From the NCBI GenBank assembly GCA_046290385.1, contig JBKAGM010000003.1, positions 12,394-76,393 of the forward strand: a DNA stretch of 64,000 bases. Direction: 5' to 3'. This document shows, piece after piece, positions 19,054-29,677 of this stretch. Position 1 is the stretch's first letter. Every line of letters starts with the position of its first letter. The notes beneath the pieces were generated by a model, which saw only the letters and a program-made list of their open reading frames with translations, did no database searches and had not been told where the DNA came from. Source of the stretch: Gammaproteobacteria bacterium. GTDB lineage: Bacteria; Pseudomonadota; Gammaproteobacteria; JAGOUN01. The position numbers and the translations under genes are program-made.

Positions 19054-20724
19054 ATGGATAAAATCTGGTTAAAAAATTATCCGCAAGGTGTCCCGGAGTT
19101 TCTTGAAGAGATTCCGTATAATTCTATAAAAGACTTGTTTGACGATAGTTGTCGTCGCTTTGCTAATCAAACGGCGTATGTTCACTATAAGCGCTCAATG
19201 ACGTATGCTGAATTCCAAAAGCATGTTGAAAGTTTTGCGAGTTTTTTACAGCATGATTTGGGTTTGAAACAGGGTGATCGACTCGCGATCATGATGCCTA
19301 ACTGCCTTCAGTACCCGATAGCGCTATTTGCTGCTTTTTCAATAGGTGTGGTTATTGTGAATGTTAATCCACTCTATACCCCAAGAGAAGTGATCAATTT
19401 GTTGGGTGATGCTAAGCCACAGGCAATTATTGTGCTTGATATGTTTGCACATACCTTAGAAAAAGCGCTCCCGAAAATCAATCATCTTAACGGGGTCGTC
19501 GTAACATCTCTATTTGACTTATTTCCTGCCTTTAAGAGGATAACCTCACAGTTTGTTTTAAAGTATTTTTTAAAGCGCGTACCAACGTATACATTAAAAA
19601 ATGCGGTTTCTTTTCGTGCCGTTATCAACAGTTGTCAAAACAAACCTAAAAAACCAGTAGCAATCCATCAAGATGATATGGCATTGATTCAATATACTGG
19701 CGGTACGACGGGTGTGCCGAAAGGTGTTGTTCTGTCTCACGGTAATTTACTTGCTAACCTTTTTCAGTGTAAGAGTTGGATAAAACCATTTATGCAAGAA
19801 GGTCAGGAAGTGAATGTTATTGCGTTGCCGCTTTATCATATTTTTTCTTTGACAGTATCATGTTTGTTTCCTGTCGTGATTGGCGCAAAGAATATTATCA
19901 TTACTGATCCAAGGAATATTTCTGATTTTGTGGATCAGATCAAAAATGCAAACGTTACCATGCTTATTGGTGTTAATACTTTGTTTCATGCTTTGTTACA
20001 TCATAAACGATTTAGGGCTATGAATTTTGATTCATTGCGTGTGACAATCGCGGGGGGTATGGCGTTACAAGAGTCTGTGTTTAATCATTGGAAAGCATTG
20101 ACAGGCAATGTGATTATAGAAGGTTACGGGCTTTCTGAATGCTCACCCGTGGTCACAGTCAATCCGCTTAATATAGAGCACTATCATGCCTCGATTGGTT
20201 TGCCTTTACCAAGTACCGAAGTGGCTATTTTGAATAATGACGGTCAGCCTTTACCTATCGGTGAGGCGGGTGAGTTGGCTATCAAGGGTCCACAGGTAAT
20301 GAGTCGTTACTGGCATGCTGAAGAAGAAACACAAAAGGTGTTTAATGATGATGGTTGGTTGTTAACTGGGGATATAGCCATTATTAATGAGAGAGGGTTT
20401 ATTCATCTCTGTGATCGTAAAAAAGATATGATCTTGGTTTCGGGGTTTAACGTGTATCCAAATGAGATAGAAAATGTACTAACAATGCACCCAGATATTG
20501 CTGAGGCCGCTGTGATCGGTGAGCTCAATAAAGGATCTGAAGTGATTAAGGCTTTTATTGTTTTGGAAGAGGGGCGGCAATTGACTCGAGGGGAAGTCAT
20601 GACGTTTTGTCATGAAAACTTGACCAGTTACAAGATGCCTAAGTATATTGAATTTCGTGCGGAGTTGCCCAAAACAAATGTTGGTAAAGTGTTACGAAGA
20701 GCCCTGCACGAAGCGAATGCTTGA
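19054..20724 (+). CDS. fadD: Long-chain fatty acid--CoA ligase
   Basis: AMP-binding motifs YTGGTTGVPKGV, GYGLSE and TGDIA, plus the C-terminal KTNVGKVLRR. Confidence 0.9.
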   Translation: MDKIWLKNYPQGVPEFLEEIPYNSIKDLFDDSCRRFANQTAYVHYKRSMTYAEFQKHVESFASFLQHDLGLKQGDRLAIMMPNCLQYPIALFAAFSIGVVIVNVNPLYTPREVINLLGDAKPQAIIVLDMFAHTLEKALPKINHLNGVVVTSLFDLFPAFKRITSQFVLKYFLKRVPTYTLKNAVSFRAVINSCQNKPKKPVAIHQDDMALIQYTGGTTGVPKGVVLSHGNLLANLFQCKSWIKPFMQEGQEVNVIALPLYHIFSLTVSCLFPVVIGAKNIIITDPRNISDFVDQIKNANVTMLIGVNTLFHALLHHKRFRAMNFDSLRVTIAGGMALQESVFNHWKALTGNVIIEGYGLSECSPVVTVNPLNIEHYHASIGLPLPSTEVAILNNDGQPLPIGEAGELAIKGPQVMSRYWHAEEETQKVFNDDGWLLTGDIAIINERGFIHLCDRKKDMILVSGFNVYPNEIENVLTMHPDIAEAAVIGELNKGSEVIKAFIVLEEGRQLTRGEVMTFCHENLTSYKMPKYIEFRAELPKTNVGKVLRRALHEANA

Positions 20725-20827
20725 TTCAGTCGTTGATTTAAGCTAAGTTTACAGACTTCCATAATCTTCTGGTTGAAGGAAGCGCTGTCATCCTACGGGG
20801 CGACAGTTGGTAACATAAGGAATTCAC

Positions 20828-21361
20828 GTGAAAACATCCATCAAAATTTTATTCATTGCAACTTTGCTTTGCATCATTATGCCTTTGGGCTATGCGGCTA
20901 ATCGAGAAAATACGGCATATATCGCGCCTAGTGTTGGCTATTATCATTTTTCTGATAAACGTGACTTAGATGATGATGCCTTGTGGTTATTGGCTGGGGG
21001 ATTTAATTTCACTTCTGATTGGAGTGTTGAGGCTGCCTATGCTCGCATCAAGACGCAAAGCGACACTGAGCCAAAGCCCAATGTCGACATTAATATGTAT
21101 TTGTTTGACCTTCTATATCACTTCAATTCAGATCAAAATTTTGAACCTTATGTTTTAGCAGGTTTTGGTGTGCTCAATATTGATGATTCAACATCCAATG
21201 ATCCGAATGACTTAGTCAATGGGAACGTCGGTGTTGGATTAGAATATTTCTTTGATCGATCGGTAGCATTACGAGTAGATATTCGTGATTTATATACCTT
21301 TAGTGGCGGAAAGAATGATTTGATGGCAACCCTGGGTGTGCGAATTTTATTTCCGTTTTAG
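20828..21361 (+). CDS. Small outer-membrane beta-barrel protein (OmpA-like/OprF-N-type barrel)
   Basis: Signal peptide, alternating aromatic/hydrophilic strands and a C-terminal Phe (ILFPF). GTG start with an AAGGA site. Confidence 0.65.
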   Translation: MKTSIKILFIATLLCIIMPLGYAANRENTAYIAPSVGYYHFSDKRDLDDDALWLLAGGFNFTSDWSVEAAYARIKTQSDTEPKPNVDINMYLFDLLYHFNSDQNFEPYVLAGFGVLNIDDSTSNDPNDLVNGNVGVGLEYFFDRSVALRVDIRDLYTFSGGKNDLMATLGVRILFPF

Positions 21362-21369
21362 AAATGGTT

Positions 21370-21524
21370 GTCACTCTGCGTTTTGTCCGCGGGGTCTTAT
21401 GCTTCAGCTTCTGTCACCCCAAGGCTTGTCTGTTGGGTCTTATGCTTCAGCCTGTGTCACCCCGCGGCTTGTCCGCGGGGTCTCGGAGTTGAAAAGAGAT
21501 CCCGCGGATAAACCGCGGGATGAC
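21370..21524. repeat. 43-bp unit in about 2.7 tandem copies, followed by a canonical REP hairpin
   Basis: Units start at 21370, 21413 and 21456 (GTCAC..TTGTC.G.GGGTCTTATGCTTCAGC.T.T). The third unit carries the perfect stem CCCCGCGG-CTTGT-CCGCGGGG. GATCCCGCGGATAAACCGCGGGATGAC follows at 21498-21524. Confidence 0.8.
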
Positions 21525-21572
21525 GGGGTATTTTTGACTTAGATCTCTCGACTTGAAAAGGGGAATGTATTA

Positions 21573-22862
21573 TTACCTACTCTTGATGTCGCTATAATCA
21601 CGTAGCTTCGCACCGGTGTACAGCTGACGAGGGCGTCCCAGTCGTCGATTTGGCATGCTCATCATTTCATTCCAATGAGAAATCCATCCGATGGTACGCG
21701 ACAGAGCGAAGATTACCGTAAACATATTTGTTGGAATACCAATTGCATTTAGTGTAATGCCTGAATAAAAGTCGACATTAGGATAGAGCTTACGTTCAAC
21801 GAAGTATGGATCTTCTAGTGCAATCCGCTCTAATTCTAAAGCAACTTTCAATACTGGATCGTCTTTTTTACCGACTTCAGCCAATACTTCATGGCAAGTT
21901 TCTCGCATTACCTTTGCGCGCGGATCATAGTTTTTATAAACTCGATGCCCAAAGCCCATCAATCGGAACTTATCATTTTTGTCTTTAGCGCGCTTGATAT
22001 ATTCTGGAATGTTTTTTACATCACCAATTTGGCGCAACATGTTAAGCGCAGCTTCATTGGCACCACCATGCGCAGGTCCCCAAAGAGCGCTGATACCCGC
22101 AGATATACATGCAAATGGGTTAGCGCCTGTTGATCCAGCCAATCTCACGGTTGAGGTTGATGCATTTTGTTCATGGTCGGCATGCAAGATGAAAATACGA
22201 TCCATTGCCTTTGCCAATACAGGGTTCGGCTTGCTTGCTTTAGAAGGCAAGCTAAACATCATATTTAAAAAGTTTTCAGAGTAACTCAGTTCATTTTGTG
22301 GATATGTAAACGGTTGTCCTAGCACGTATTTATAACACATTGCTGCCATGGTTGGCATTTTCGCTATTAAACGAATAGCAGTGAGTTTTCGATTAGATTC
22401 ATCATTGATGTTAATAGAATCATCATAAAATGCTGATAAAGCTCCAACGACACCTACCATCACTGCCATAGGATGAGCGTCACGACGAAAGCCATTATAA
22501 AAGCTATGCATTTGTTCGTGGAGAAGTGTATGTGAGTTAATTTCATCAACAAAATCTTGGTACTGTGAAGTGCTTGGTAGCTCACCATTGAATAACAAAT
22601 AACAGACTTCAACAAAGTTTGAGTGTTCCGCAAGTTGTTCAATAGGATAGCCGCGATACAATAGCGTTCCATTGTCACCATCGATAAAAGTAATTTTTGA
22701 CTCACATGAAGCAGTAGATAAAAAGCCAGGATCTAATGTAAATGCGCCACTTTTAGCGAGCGAAGAAACGTCGATAACATCTGCTCCTAAGGTGCCAGAG
22801 AATACAGGAAGGTCTATAGCGTCTTTACCATTAATTGATAGCTTGGCCGTTTTATCGGTCAT
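21573..22862 (-). CDS. gltA: Type II citrate synthase
   Basis: N-terminus collinear with E. coli GltA ([29 protein letters not shown]). Catalytic [14 protein letters not shown]. Divergent from sdhC, as in E. coli. Confidence 0.96.
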   Translation of the reverse strand: MTDKTAKLSINGKDAIDLPVFSGTLGADVIDVSSLAKSGAFTLDPGFLSTASCESKITFIDGDNGTLLYRGYPIEQLAEHSNFVEVCYLLFNGELPSTSQYQDFVDEINSHTLLHEQMHSFYNGFRRDAHPMAVMVGVVGALSAFYDDSININDESNRKLTAIRLIAKMPTMAAMCYKYVLGQPFTYPQNELSYSENFLNMMFSLPSKASKPNPVLAKAMDRIFILHADHEQNASTSTVRLAGSTGANPFACISAGISALWGPAHGGANEAALNMLRQIGDVKNIPEYIKRAKDKNDKFRLMGFGHRVYKNYDPRAKVMRETCHEVLAEVGKKDDPVLKVALELERIALEDPYFVERKLYPNVDFYSGITLNAIGIPTNMFTVIFALSRTIGWISHWNEMMSMPNRRLGRPRQLYTGAKLRDYSDIKSR

Positions 22863-22949
22863 TTGTTATATCTCCATATTGTTGTAAGCACTGGATTTCA
22901 AGGTTAGCATTTTTTTTAAAAAAAGGAAACGAGAGAAAGCGAGAGGGGA

Positions 22950-22980
22950 GTCATTCCCGCGGGCAAGCCGCGGGAGATCA
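22950..22980. repeat. REP-like hairpin immediately 3' of the DUF378 gene
   Basis: GTCATTCCCGCGGGCAAGCCGCGGGAGATCA, with the 8-bp perfect stem TCCCGCGG/CCGCGGGA (22955-22975). Confidence 0.65.
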
Positions 22981-22985
22981 TCAGG

Positions 22986-23192
22986 TTATGATTTTTTGCA
23001 ACAGCCTGTGCATTTTGAAAAAATCACCCAGATACCGGCAAGACCGACGAGTATATAGATGATATTTGCTACCATACCCATGTCGCCGAATAGCATTTGA
23101 ACAAGGTTCATGTTGGCTGCACCAACCAATCCCCAGTTTAATGCACCAATAATCACTAAAAGGTATGCAACCCAATCAATTAACTTCTTCAT
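22986..23192 (-). CDS. DUF378 small membrane protein
   Basis: The family-typical N-terminus IDWVAYLLVIIGALNWGLVG, and two hydrophobic helices in 68 aa. Confidence 0.7.
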   Translation of the reverse strand: MKKLIDWVAYLLVIIGALNWGLVGAANMNLVQMLFGDMGMVANIIYILVGLAGIWVIFSKCTGCCKKS

Positions 23193-23338
23193 AATTTACT
23201 CTCCATGATAGATATTTACTTAATTATTATTCTTAAGATATGATTTTTTGTCAAATAGTATTTTTATTGTTCTAACTTATCAGTATATTTTTTGAAAAAA
23301 TATGATATTATTCTAATATAAACAACAAGGAAGCAGAC

Positions 23339-23716
23339 GTGCACAAAAACAGACCTGTAAATTTGAATTTATTGACCATTCGCTTTCCAGTTATGGCCAT
23401 CATATCTATATTGCACAGAATTTCTGGCATTATCTTATTTCTATTGTTACCGCTTGTACTTTGTGGATTTGAGTATTCATTGAGTTCACAAGAAGCTTTT
23501 ACACATTTACAAGCAATCACCTCTAGTTTTTGGGTAAGATTTTTTATTTGGGTGATATTATCATCCTTGATATATCACGTTATTGCCGGCATTCGTCATT
23601 TGTTTATGGATGCAGGTATTGGTGAGTCAAAATGTGCAGGCCGATATACTGCATATTTTGTGCTTGTTCTTTCGGTGATTGTAATTCTTTTTCTCGGTAT
23701 AGGATTGTTTAAATGA
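23339..23716 (+). CDS. sdhC: Succinate dehydrogenase cytochrome b556 subunit
   Basis: KNRPVNLNLLTIRFPVMAIISILHRISGI matches the E. coli SdhC N-terminus. GTG start with an AAGGA site. Confidence 0.88.
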   Translation: MHKNRPVNLNLLTIRFPVMAIISILHRISGIILFLLLPLVLCGFEYSLSSQEAFTHLQAITSSFWVRFFIWVILSSLIYHVIAGIRHLFMDAGIGESKCAGRYTAYFVLVLSVIVILFLGIGLFK

Positions 23717-24042
23717 GTGAACGAAGTTCTGGTATTCGTGACTGGATCATCCAGCGCGTTACAGCCATGTATATTTTGGCATACATTATTGTATTAAGTA
23801 GCTATCTGATCTATCACGGCGTTGATTATGCGTCATGGCATATGATCTTCAGCCTGGGTTGGGTGAAGATTATGACCATTTTTTTCTTTATGAGTCTCTC
23901 ATGGCATGCATGGATTGGTGTCTGGACTGTGATTACAGACTATGTTCCAAACTTTTTTATTCGTATGACTTTACTTGCTGCGACCTTGCTAGCAGTTGCC
24001 TCATATTTTGTGTGGGGCATTCAGATTTTATGGGGAGTTTAA
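23713..24042 (+). CDS. sdhD: Succinate dehydrogenase hydrophobic membrane anchor subunit
   Basis: Three-helix protein with the RVTAMYIL and HAWIGVWTVITDY motifs. ATGA overlap with sdhC. Confidence 0.85.
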   Translation: MSERSSGIRDWIIQRVTAMYILAYIIVLSSYLIYHGVDYASWHMIFSLGWVKIMTIFFFMSLSWHAWIGVWTVITDYVPNFFIRMTLLAATLLAVASYFVWGIQILWGV

Positions 24043-24045
24043 TCG

Positions 24046-25815
24046 ATGGCAATACCCAAGCGAACTTATGATGCAGTGATTATTGGTGGCGGTGGTGCAG
24101 GCTTGCGTGCATCACTAGAGTTAGCTAGCTCAGGTCTAAAAGTGGCTGTTGTTTCTAAAGTATTTCCTACGCGATCACACACGGTAGCAGCACAAGGTGG
24201 AATTAATGCGGCGTTGGGCAATACCGATGGTGTTGATGATTGGCGTTGGCATATGTATGACACCATCATGGGTTCGGACTTTTTGGGTGACCAAGATGCT
24301 ATCGAGTATATGTGTAAACACGCACCAGACACAGTGATTGAATTAGAGAATATGGGTTTACCTTTCTCACGTAATGAAGAAGGAAAGATTTATCAACGTG
24401 CCTTTGGTGGCCAGACAATGAATTTTGGTGGCGAACTCGTCCATCGTACGTGTTGTGCAGCAGACAGAACAGGTCATGCAATGTTGCATGCCCTTTATCA
24501 ACAAAACATTGCTGCTAAGGCAACGTTTTTAGATGAATGGTTTGCGATTGATTTAGTCAAAACACAAACTGGCGCAGTCTCTGGTGTTATTGCTATTTCG
24601 ATTATCACAGGTGAATTATGTTTCTTAGAGGCACGTGCGACTGTCTTAGCAACAGGTGGCGCGGGTCAAATTTACAAGTCAACGACAAACGCTCATATTA
24701 ATACAGGTGATGGATTAGGTATGGCGTTACGTGCTGGATTAGCCGTACAAGATTTAGAGTTTTGGCAATTTCACCCAACAGGTATTGCTGGTGCTGGTGT
24801 GCTCATTACAGAAGGTGCTCGAGGTGAAGGTGGTTATCTGATTAATAGTGAAGGCGAGCGCTATATGGAACGTTACGCACCGCACTTAAAAGATTTATCT
24901 TGTCGAGATGTAGTCTCTCGCTCATCAATGATGGAAATTCGAGAAGGCCGTGGTTGTGGTCCAAAGAAAGATCATGTCTTATTAAAGCTAGAGCATTTGA
25001 GTGAAGAAGTGATTAGCGAACGTTTACCTGGTATTCGTGATATCGCAAAAACCTTTGCAGGCGTTGATCCTGTCAGTGGCCCAATTCCTGTCGTCCCAAC
25101 TTGTCATTATATGATGGGAGGTATCCCAACTAATATTGATGGACAAGTGATTACTGTCGACGGCAAAGGTAAAGAGCATTTAGTTGAAGGTTTATTTGCA
25201 GCCGGTGAGTCTGCATGTGTTTCGGTGCATGGCGCAAACCGTTTAGGCGCTAACTCGTTATTAGACATCGTTGTATTTGGACGCTCTGTTGGAAAATACT
25301 TAAAACAAGCTGTACAACGAGATGAAGTTGCTTGTCATACGACGAGTAAAGAAGATGTTTCTGACGCACTAAAACGTTTTTATCGTTGGGAAGAGGCGCG
25401 TGCCGGTGAAGACATGGTAGCTATCCGTGACGAATTAAAACAAGTCATGCAAGAAGATTTTGGTGTGTTTCGAACTGAAGAAAATATGGAAAGTGGTTTG
25501 AAAAAACTAAAAGCCTTACAAGAACGTTTAAAACATGCTGCTTTACTTGATAATAGTCGAGAATTTAATACAGCACGTATTGAAGCTTTGGAATGTGATA
25601 ACTTAATGGAAGTTGCTATGGCAACGGCGATATTAGCGAATAATCGAAAAGAAAGCCGCGGAGCACATTCGCGTTTTGATTATCCTGATCGTGATGATAA
25701 AAACTGGTTTAAACATTCTTTGTATTTAAAAGAAAATGATACCGTCGCGTATCGTGAAGTTAATATGCAACCCAAGGAAGTGGAAGCGATTGCGCTTAAA
25801 GCACGCGAACATTAA
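24046..25815 (+). CDS. sdhA: Succinate dehydrogenase flavoprotein subunit
   Basis: FAD motif [14 protein letters not shown], the SHTVAAQGG flavinylation His, and [12 protein letters not shown]. Confidence 0.97.
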   Translation: MAIPKRTYDAVIIGGGGAGLRASLELASSGLKVAVVSKVFPTRSHTVAAQGGINAALGNTDGVDDWRWHMYDTIMGSDFLGDQDAIEYMCKHAPDTVIELENMGLPFSRNEEGKIYQRAFGGQTMNFGGELVHRTCCAADRTGHAMLHALYQQNIAAKATFLDEWFAIDLVKTQTGAVSGVIAISIITGELCFLEARATVLATGGAGQIYKSTTNAHINTGDGLGMALRAGLAVQDLEFWQFHPTGIAGAGVLITEGARGEGGYLINSEGERYMERYAPHLKDLSCRDVVSRSSMMEIREGRGCGPKKDHVLLKLEHLSEEVISERLPGIRDIAKTFAGVDPVSGPIPVVPTCHYMMGGIPTNIDGQVITVDGKGKEHLVEGLFAAGESACVSVHGANRLGANSLLDIVVFGRSVGKYLKQAVQRDEVACHTTSKEDVSDALKRFYRWEEARAGEDMVAIRDELKQVMQEDFGVFRTEENMESGLKKLKALQERLKHAALLDNSREFNTARIEALECDNLMEVAMATAILANNRKESRGAHSRFDYPDRDDKNWFKHSLYLKENDTVAYREVNMQPKEVEAIALKAREH

Positions 25816-25829
25816 AGGAGAGCTTAAGA

Positions 25830-26585
25830 ATGACTAAGTCGTCTAAAAAAAATAACATCGTAGAATTTAAGATTTATCGTTATAACCCACAAGATGATCG
25901 TGGCTCTTATATGCAAACTTATGAAGTCGATATTGAAAAACATAACTGCATTATGGTGCTGGATGCGTTGCTTGTGATTAAACGTCAAGATCCGACCTTA
26001 TCAGTCAGGCATTCATGTCGCGAAGGTGTTTGTGGGTCAGACGGTTTGAATATTAACGGTAAAAACCGATTAGCTTGTATTACACATATCAGCGAACTTA
26101 AAACGCCGATCACCATTCGACCATTGCCTGGATTACCTATTATTCGCGATCTAGTTGTCGACATGGAGCAATTCTATAAGCAATATCGTAAAGCGAAGCC
26201 GTATTTAATTAATAATAATCCACCACCTCAAAAAGAAAGATTGCAATCAATAGAGGATCGCGCAAAGCTAGATGGCTTGTATGAGTGTATTCTGTGTGCT
26301 TGCTGCTCAACATCATGTCCATCTTTTTGGTGGAATACCGATAAATTTTTAGGGCCAGCAGCACTTTTGCACGCTTACCGATTTTTAGCGGACAGTCGCG
26401 ACACAGCAACAAAAGAACGCTTAGAAGATCTTCGTGATCCGTTTAGTGTGTTTCGTTGTCGAAGCATCATGAATTGTGTTGATGCGTGTCCTAAAGGATT
26501 AAACCCGACGAAAGCGATTAGTGAAGTTCGCTCCATGATGCTAAAAGAAGCAATTCATACAGACGATCAATCTAACGAGTCATAA
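25830..26585 (+). CDS. sdhB: Succinate dehydrogenase iron-sulfur subunit
   Basis: Cluster motifs SCREGVCGSDG, CILCACCSTSCPS and CRSIMNCVDACPKG. Confidence 0.96.
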   Translation: MTKSSKKNNIVEFKIYRYNPQDDRGSYMQTYEVDIEKHNCIMVLDALLVIKRQDPTLSVRHSCREGVCGSDGLNINGKNRLACITHISELKTPITIRPLPGLPIIRDLVVDMEQFYKQYRKAKPYLINNNPPPQKERLQSIEDRAKLDGLYECILCACCSTSCPSFWWNTDKFLGPAALLHAYRFLADSRDTATKERLEDLRDPFSVFRCRSIMNCVDACPKGLNPTKAISEVRSMMLKEAIHTDDQSNES

Positions 26586-26587
26586 AT

Positions 26588-29500
26588 ATGAACCAAGAAC
26601 ATTCAATGAAAGAGTGGTGGCAAAGCTCGACGCTCTCGGGTGTCAACGCCGAATATCTAGAAATGCAGCTCGAAAAATATTTAGCTGATCCTTCCAGTGT
26701 TGAAACAAAGTGGCGCGATTATTTTTCGCAGCTTTCGCAAGCACAGCAAGAGACAAGTCATAAAGCTGTTCAAGAAGAATTTAAAAATTTTCCAAGACAA
26801 TCACAAACAAGAGCGAAGGTGGTTACAAAACAAGCGGCTTTAGTAACGGCAAGTCCCTCAACAGCACAATCTTCACCTAAGCCACAAGCCAAAGAACATG
26901 CGAGTACAGTGCAACCAACAGTGATACCTCAGGGAATACCGCCTAGACCTATTATTAAAAAATCTGTCCCTCTTGTTGAGTCAAAATCTTCTACGACTAT
27001 AGAAACAAAAGAACAACAAACAAGAGTTGTTGTAAACCAAACTCCAGCTGCAACAATGACGGATATGACCGTGAATGCACATCAACAAGCAATGGTGCAA
27101 GGTTTAATAGATTATTATCGGAACTTTGGTCATCGTGCTGCAAACCTTGATCCTTTAGGTTTGACTGAAATTCCTGTAGTGCCACGTTTAACTTTAGAAC
27201 GCTCACGTTTAGAAAACTCTCTCGAAACTATTTTTGATGTGGGAACGTTCAAAGGTCTGAAAGGGCAACAAAAGCTTTCTGCTATCGTCGACGCTCTCAA
27301 AAAAACGTATTGTTCGTCGATAGGTTTTGAATATATGCACATTAGTGATGAAGATGAGTTGAATTGGTTAACAGAACAAATCGAAACAACCCAAGCCACA
27401 CCTTCGTTTAGTAAATCTGAAAAAGAAACCATTTTGCAAAAGCTAACGGCAGCAGAAGGTTTAGAAAAATATTTAGGTAGAAAGTACGTTGGACAAAAAC
27501 GCTTCTCTCTAGAGGGTGGTGATAGCCTTATACCACTGCTATATACCATTATCACGCACGCGGGCAATCATTTTAATTTAAAAGAAATTATTATGGGTAT
27601 GCCTCACCGTGGTCGCTTAAATGTTCTTGTCAATATTTTGGGGAAATTGCCTACCGATTTATTTTTCGAATTTGAAGGAAAAAATAAATCTGAAAAAGAA
27701 GATTATGCGGGCGATGTAAAATATCATCTCGGTTTTTCATCAAATCTAAAAATAGATGATAAAACAGTTCACTTGGCAATGGCATTTAATCCTTCTCACT
27801 TGGAAATTGTTAGCCCTGTTGTAGAAGGTTCTGTGCGCGCAAGACAACGTCGTCGTGAAGACTGGGATCGCCAATCCGTGTTGCCTATTATTATGCATGG
27901 CGATGCAGCGTTTGCTGGCCAAGGTGTTGTGATGGAAACTTTTGCTATGTCTCAATCTCGTGGGTTTAGCGTGGGCGGTACCATACATATTGTTGTTAAT
28001 AACCAAATTGGATTTACCACTGACCCTAGTGATTCACGCTCATCACATTATTGTACTGATGTCGCTAAAATGATTGAATCGCCAATTTTTCATGTCAATG
28101 CCGATGATCCAGAAGCGGTGACTTTTGTTGCGCGTTTAGCAACGGAATATCGCATGAAATTTAAAAAAGATGTTGTGATAGATTTGGTTTGCTTCCGTCG
28201 TCATGGCCATAATGAGTCGGATGAACCATCAGCAACACAACCGCTTATGTATAAAGTGATTAAGAAGCAGCCTACGACTAGAAAACTTTATGCTGATTAC
28301 CTTACGAGTCGAGGTGAATTAGATGCTTCATTTCCTGAAAAATTAATGGATGATTATTTACAGGCATTAAACGAAGGTGTTGCGGTTGCTGAAGCAACAC
28401 ATGACATTTCAACGTATGAATATGCAGTAAGTTGGCAGGCTTATCTTGATCAATCGTGGCGTGCTGAGGTCGATACATCCATTCCTGTGGGCTACCTGGA
28501 GCGTTATTCACAAGCATTACACACATTTCCAGATAAGTTTGAGCTACAACCGCAAGTGAAAAAAATCATGCAGACGCGTGAAAAAATGGCGGCAGGTGAG
28601 CAGCCTATTGATTGGGGTTTTGCTGAGACATTAGCCTATGCTTCCCTATTAGATGAAGGCTATCCAATTCGCTTATGTGGACAAGATTCTGGGCGAGGTA
28701 CTTTTGCACATCGACATGCTATTTTGCATAACCAAGTAGATAATGCCGAGTTTATGCCGCTACAGCATATTTCTAAAAAACAAGCATCCATTATTATCAT
28801 AAATTCGCTGTTATCAGAAGAAGCTGTACTCGCGTTTGAATACGGTTTTTCAACTGCAGAACCCGATAATTTGGTCATATGGGAAGCGCAATTTGGTGAT
28901 TTTGCCAATGGTGCACAAGTCGTTATCGATCAGTTTATTGCATCTGGGGAGCAAAAGTGGGGAAGGCTGTCAGGTCTTGTGATGTTCTTGCCACACGGTT
29001 ATGAAGGCATGGGCGCTGAGCACTCTTCAGCACGTTTGGAGCGTTATTTGCAGTTGTGCGCGCAAGAAAACATTCAAGTTTGTGTGCCAACAACAGCTTC
29101 ACAAATATTTCATTTGTTGCGACGACAAATGCTACGTCCTTATCGCAAGCCATTGGTTGTGTTAACGCCTAAAAGTTTGCTGCGTCATAAGTTAGCGACC
29201 TCAACCGTTGAGGATTTAACCAATGGTAAATTTTCATTAGTTATTCCTGAAGTTGATGATATTCTACCCAAAGATGTTAAACGTGTTGTTATCTGTACAG
29301 GTAAAATTTATTATGATTTATTACAAGCGCGACGTGCAAACAAGATTAAAGATGTTGCGATCATACGTATTGAGCAACTCTATCCATTCCCTGAGTTTGA
29401 GTTAAGCAGTGAGTTGTCACGATACGCTAAAGCAAAAGATGTTTTATGGTGCCAAGAAGAACCTTTAAATCAAGGTGCTTGGTATTCGTTACGACATCAT

Positions 29501-29677
29501 TTTATAAGTTGTCTTGCTAAACATCAAAGTTTAAATTACCTCAGTCGTCGTGCTACGGCGGCTCCAGCGGTGGGCTTGCATTCATTGCATTTGCAAGAGC
29601 AAGAAGCATTGGTTCAAGCCGCACTCAAGATTAATACAACACGCAAAGCTAAAAAAGGAAAGTCAAATGACCATTGA
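26588..29677 (+). CDS. sucA: 2-oxoglutarate dehydrogenase E1 component (with an expanded N-terminal low-complexity linker)
   Basis: N-terminus [26 protein letters not shown], the TPP region [12 protein letters not shown], and NESDEP. Confidence 0.95.
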   Translation: MNQEHSMKEWWQSSTLSGVNAEYLEMQLEKYLADPSSVETKWRDYFSQLSQAQQETSHKAVQEEFKNFPRQSQTRAKVVTKQAALVTASPSTAQSSPKPQAKEHASTVQPTVIPQGIPPRPIIKKSVPLVESKSSTTIETKEQQTRVVVNQTPAATMTDMTVNAHQQAMVQGLIDYYRNFGHRAANLDPLGLTEIPVVPRLTLERSRLENSLETIFDVGTFKGLKGQQKLSAIVDALKKTYCSSIGFEYMHISDEDELNWLTEQIETTQATPSFSKSEKETILQKLTAAEGLEKYLGRKYVGQKRFSLEGGDSLIPLLYTIITHAGNHFNLKEIIMGMPHRGRLNVLVNILGKLPTDLFFEFEGKNKSEKEDYAGDVKYHLGFSSNLKIDDKTVHLAMAFNPSHLEIVSPVVEGSVRARQRRREDWDRQSVLPIIMHGDAAFAGQGVVMETFAMSQSRGFSVGGTIHIVVNNQIGFTTDPSDSRSSHYCTDVAKMIESPIFHVNADDPEAVTFVARLATEYRMKFKKDVVIDLVCFRRHGHNESDEPSATQPLMYKVIKKQPTTRKLYADYLTSRGELDASFPEKLMDDYLQALNEGVAVAEATHDISTYEYAVSWQAYLDQSWRAEVDTSIPVGYLERYSQALHTFPDKFELQPQVKKIMQTREKMAAGEQPIDWGFAETLAYASLLDEGYPIRLCGQDSGRGTFAHRHAILHNQVDNAEFMPLQHISKKQASIIIINSLLSEEAVLAFEYGFSTAEPDNLVIWEAQFGDFANGAQVVIDQFIASGEQKWGRLSGLVMFLPHGYEGMGAEHSSARLERYLQLCAQENIQVCVPTTASQIFHLLRRQMLRPYRKPLVVLTPKSLLRHKLATSTVEDLTNGKFSLVIPEVDDILPKDVKRVVICTGKIYYDLLQARRANKIKDVAIIRIEQLYPFPEFELSSELSRYAKAKDVLWCQEEPLNQGAWYSLRHHFISCLAKHQSLNYLSRRATAAPAVGLHSLHLQEQEALVQAALKINTTRKAKKGKSNDH

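Noticed and set aside
21370-21524. Possible CRISPR array
   Set aside because: The 43-bp units abut directly with no unique spacers. There are only about 2.7 copies, the copies are diverged, and no cas genes are present in the window.
21336-21542. 68-aa ORF (..VTPRLVRGVSELKRDPADKPRDDGVFLT) in the OMP-gltA spacer
   Set aside because: It is simply the translation of the tandem 43-bp units and the REP hairpin. The same peptide-like strings would arise wherever the repeat occurs. It has no ribosome site, and it overlaps the end of the OMP gene.
23292-23319. TTGAAA-16-TAATAT promoter-like match upstream of sdhC
   Set aside because: It would leave only a leader of about 13 nt before the GTG start, and such hexamer pairs are frequent in this A+T-rich spacer. 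It is not distinguishable from chance.
27130-27567. Antisense or shadow ORFs inside long genes (this one in sucA; also 5073-5459 in htrA, 33124-33501, 35384-35713, 36049-36381, 50984-51298 and many of 60-130 aa)
   Set aside because: They lie entirely within strongly supported genes on the opposite strand or in an alternative frame. They have odd composition and no motif support, so they are typical shadow frames.
29550-29666. Upstream extension of sucB suggested by the ORF track (likewise 37301-37378 for the orphan after sucD, 45483-45503 for perM, 48847-48873 for surE, and 43888-43932 for ihfB)
   Set aside because: The extensions overlap the preceding gene or add non-homologous residues. 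Internal ATGs match the conserved N-termini, and for sucB and surE a Shine-Dalgarno-like site precedes the internal ATG; the ihfB ATG was chosen by homology alone (its AGGAGG lies about 18 nt upstream).
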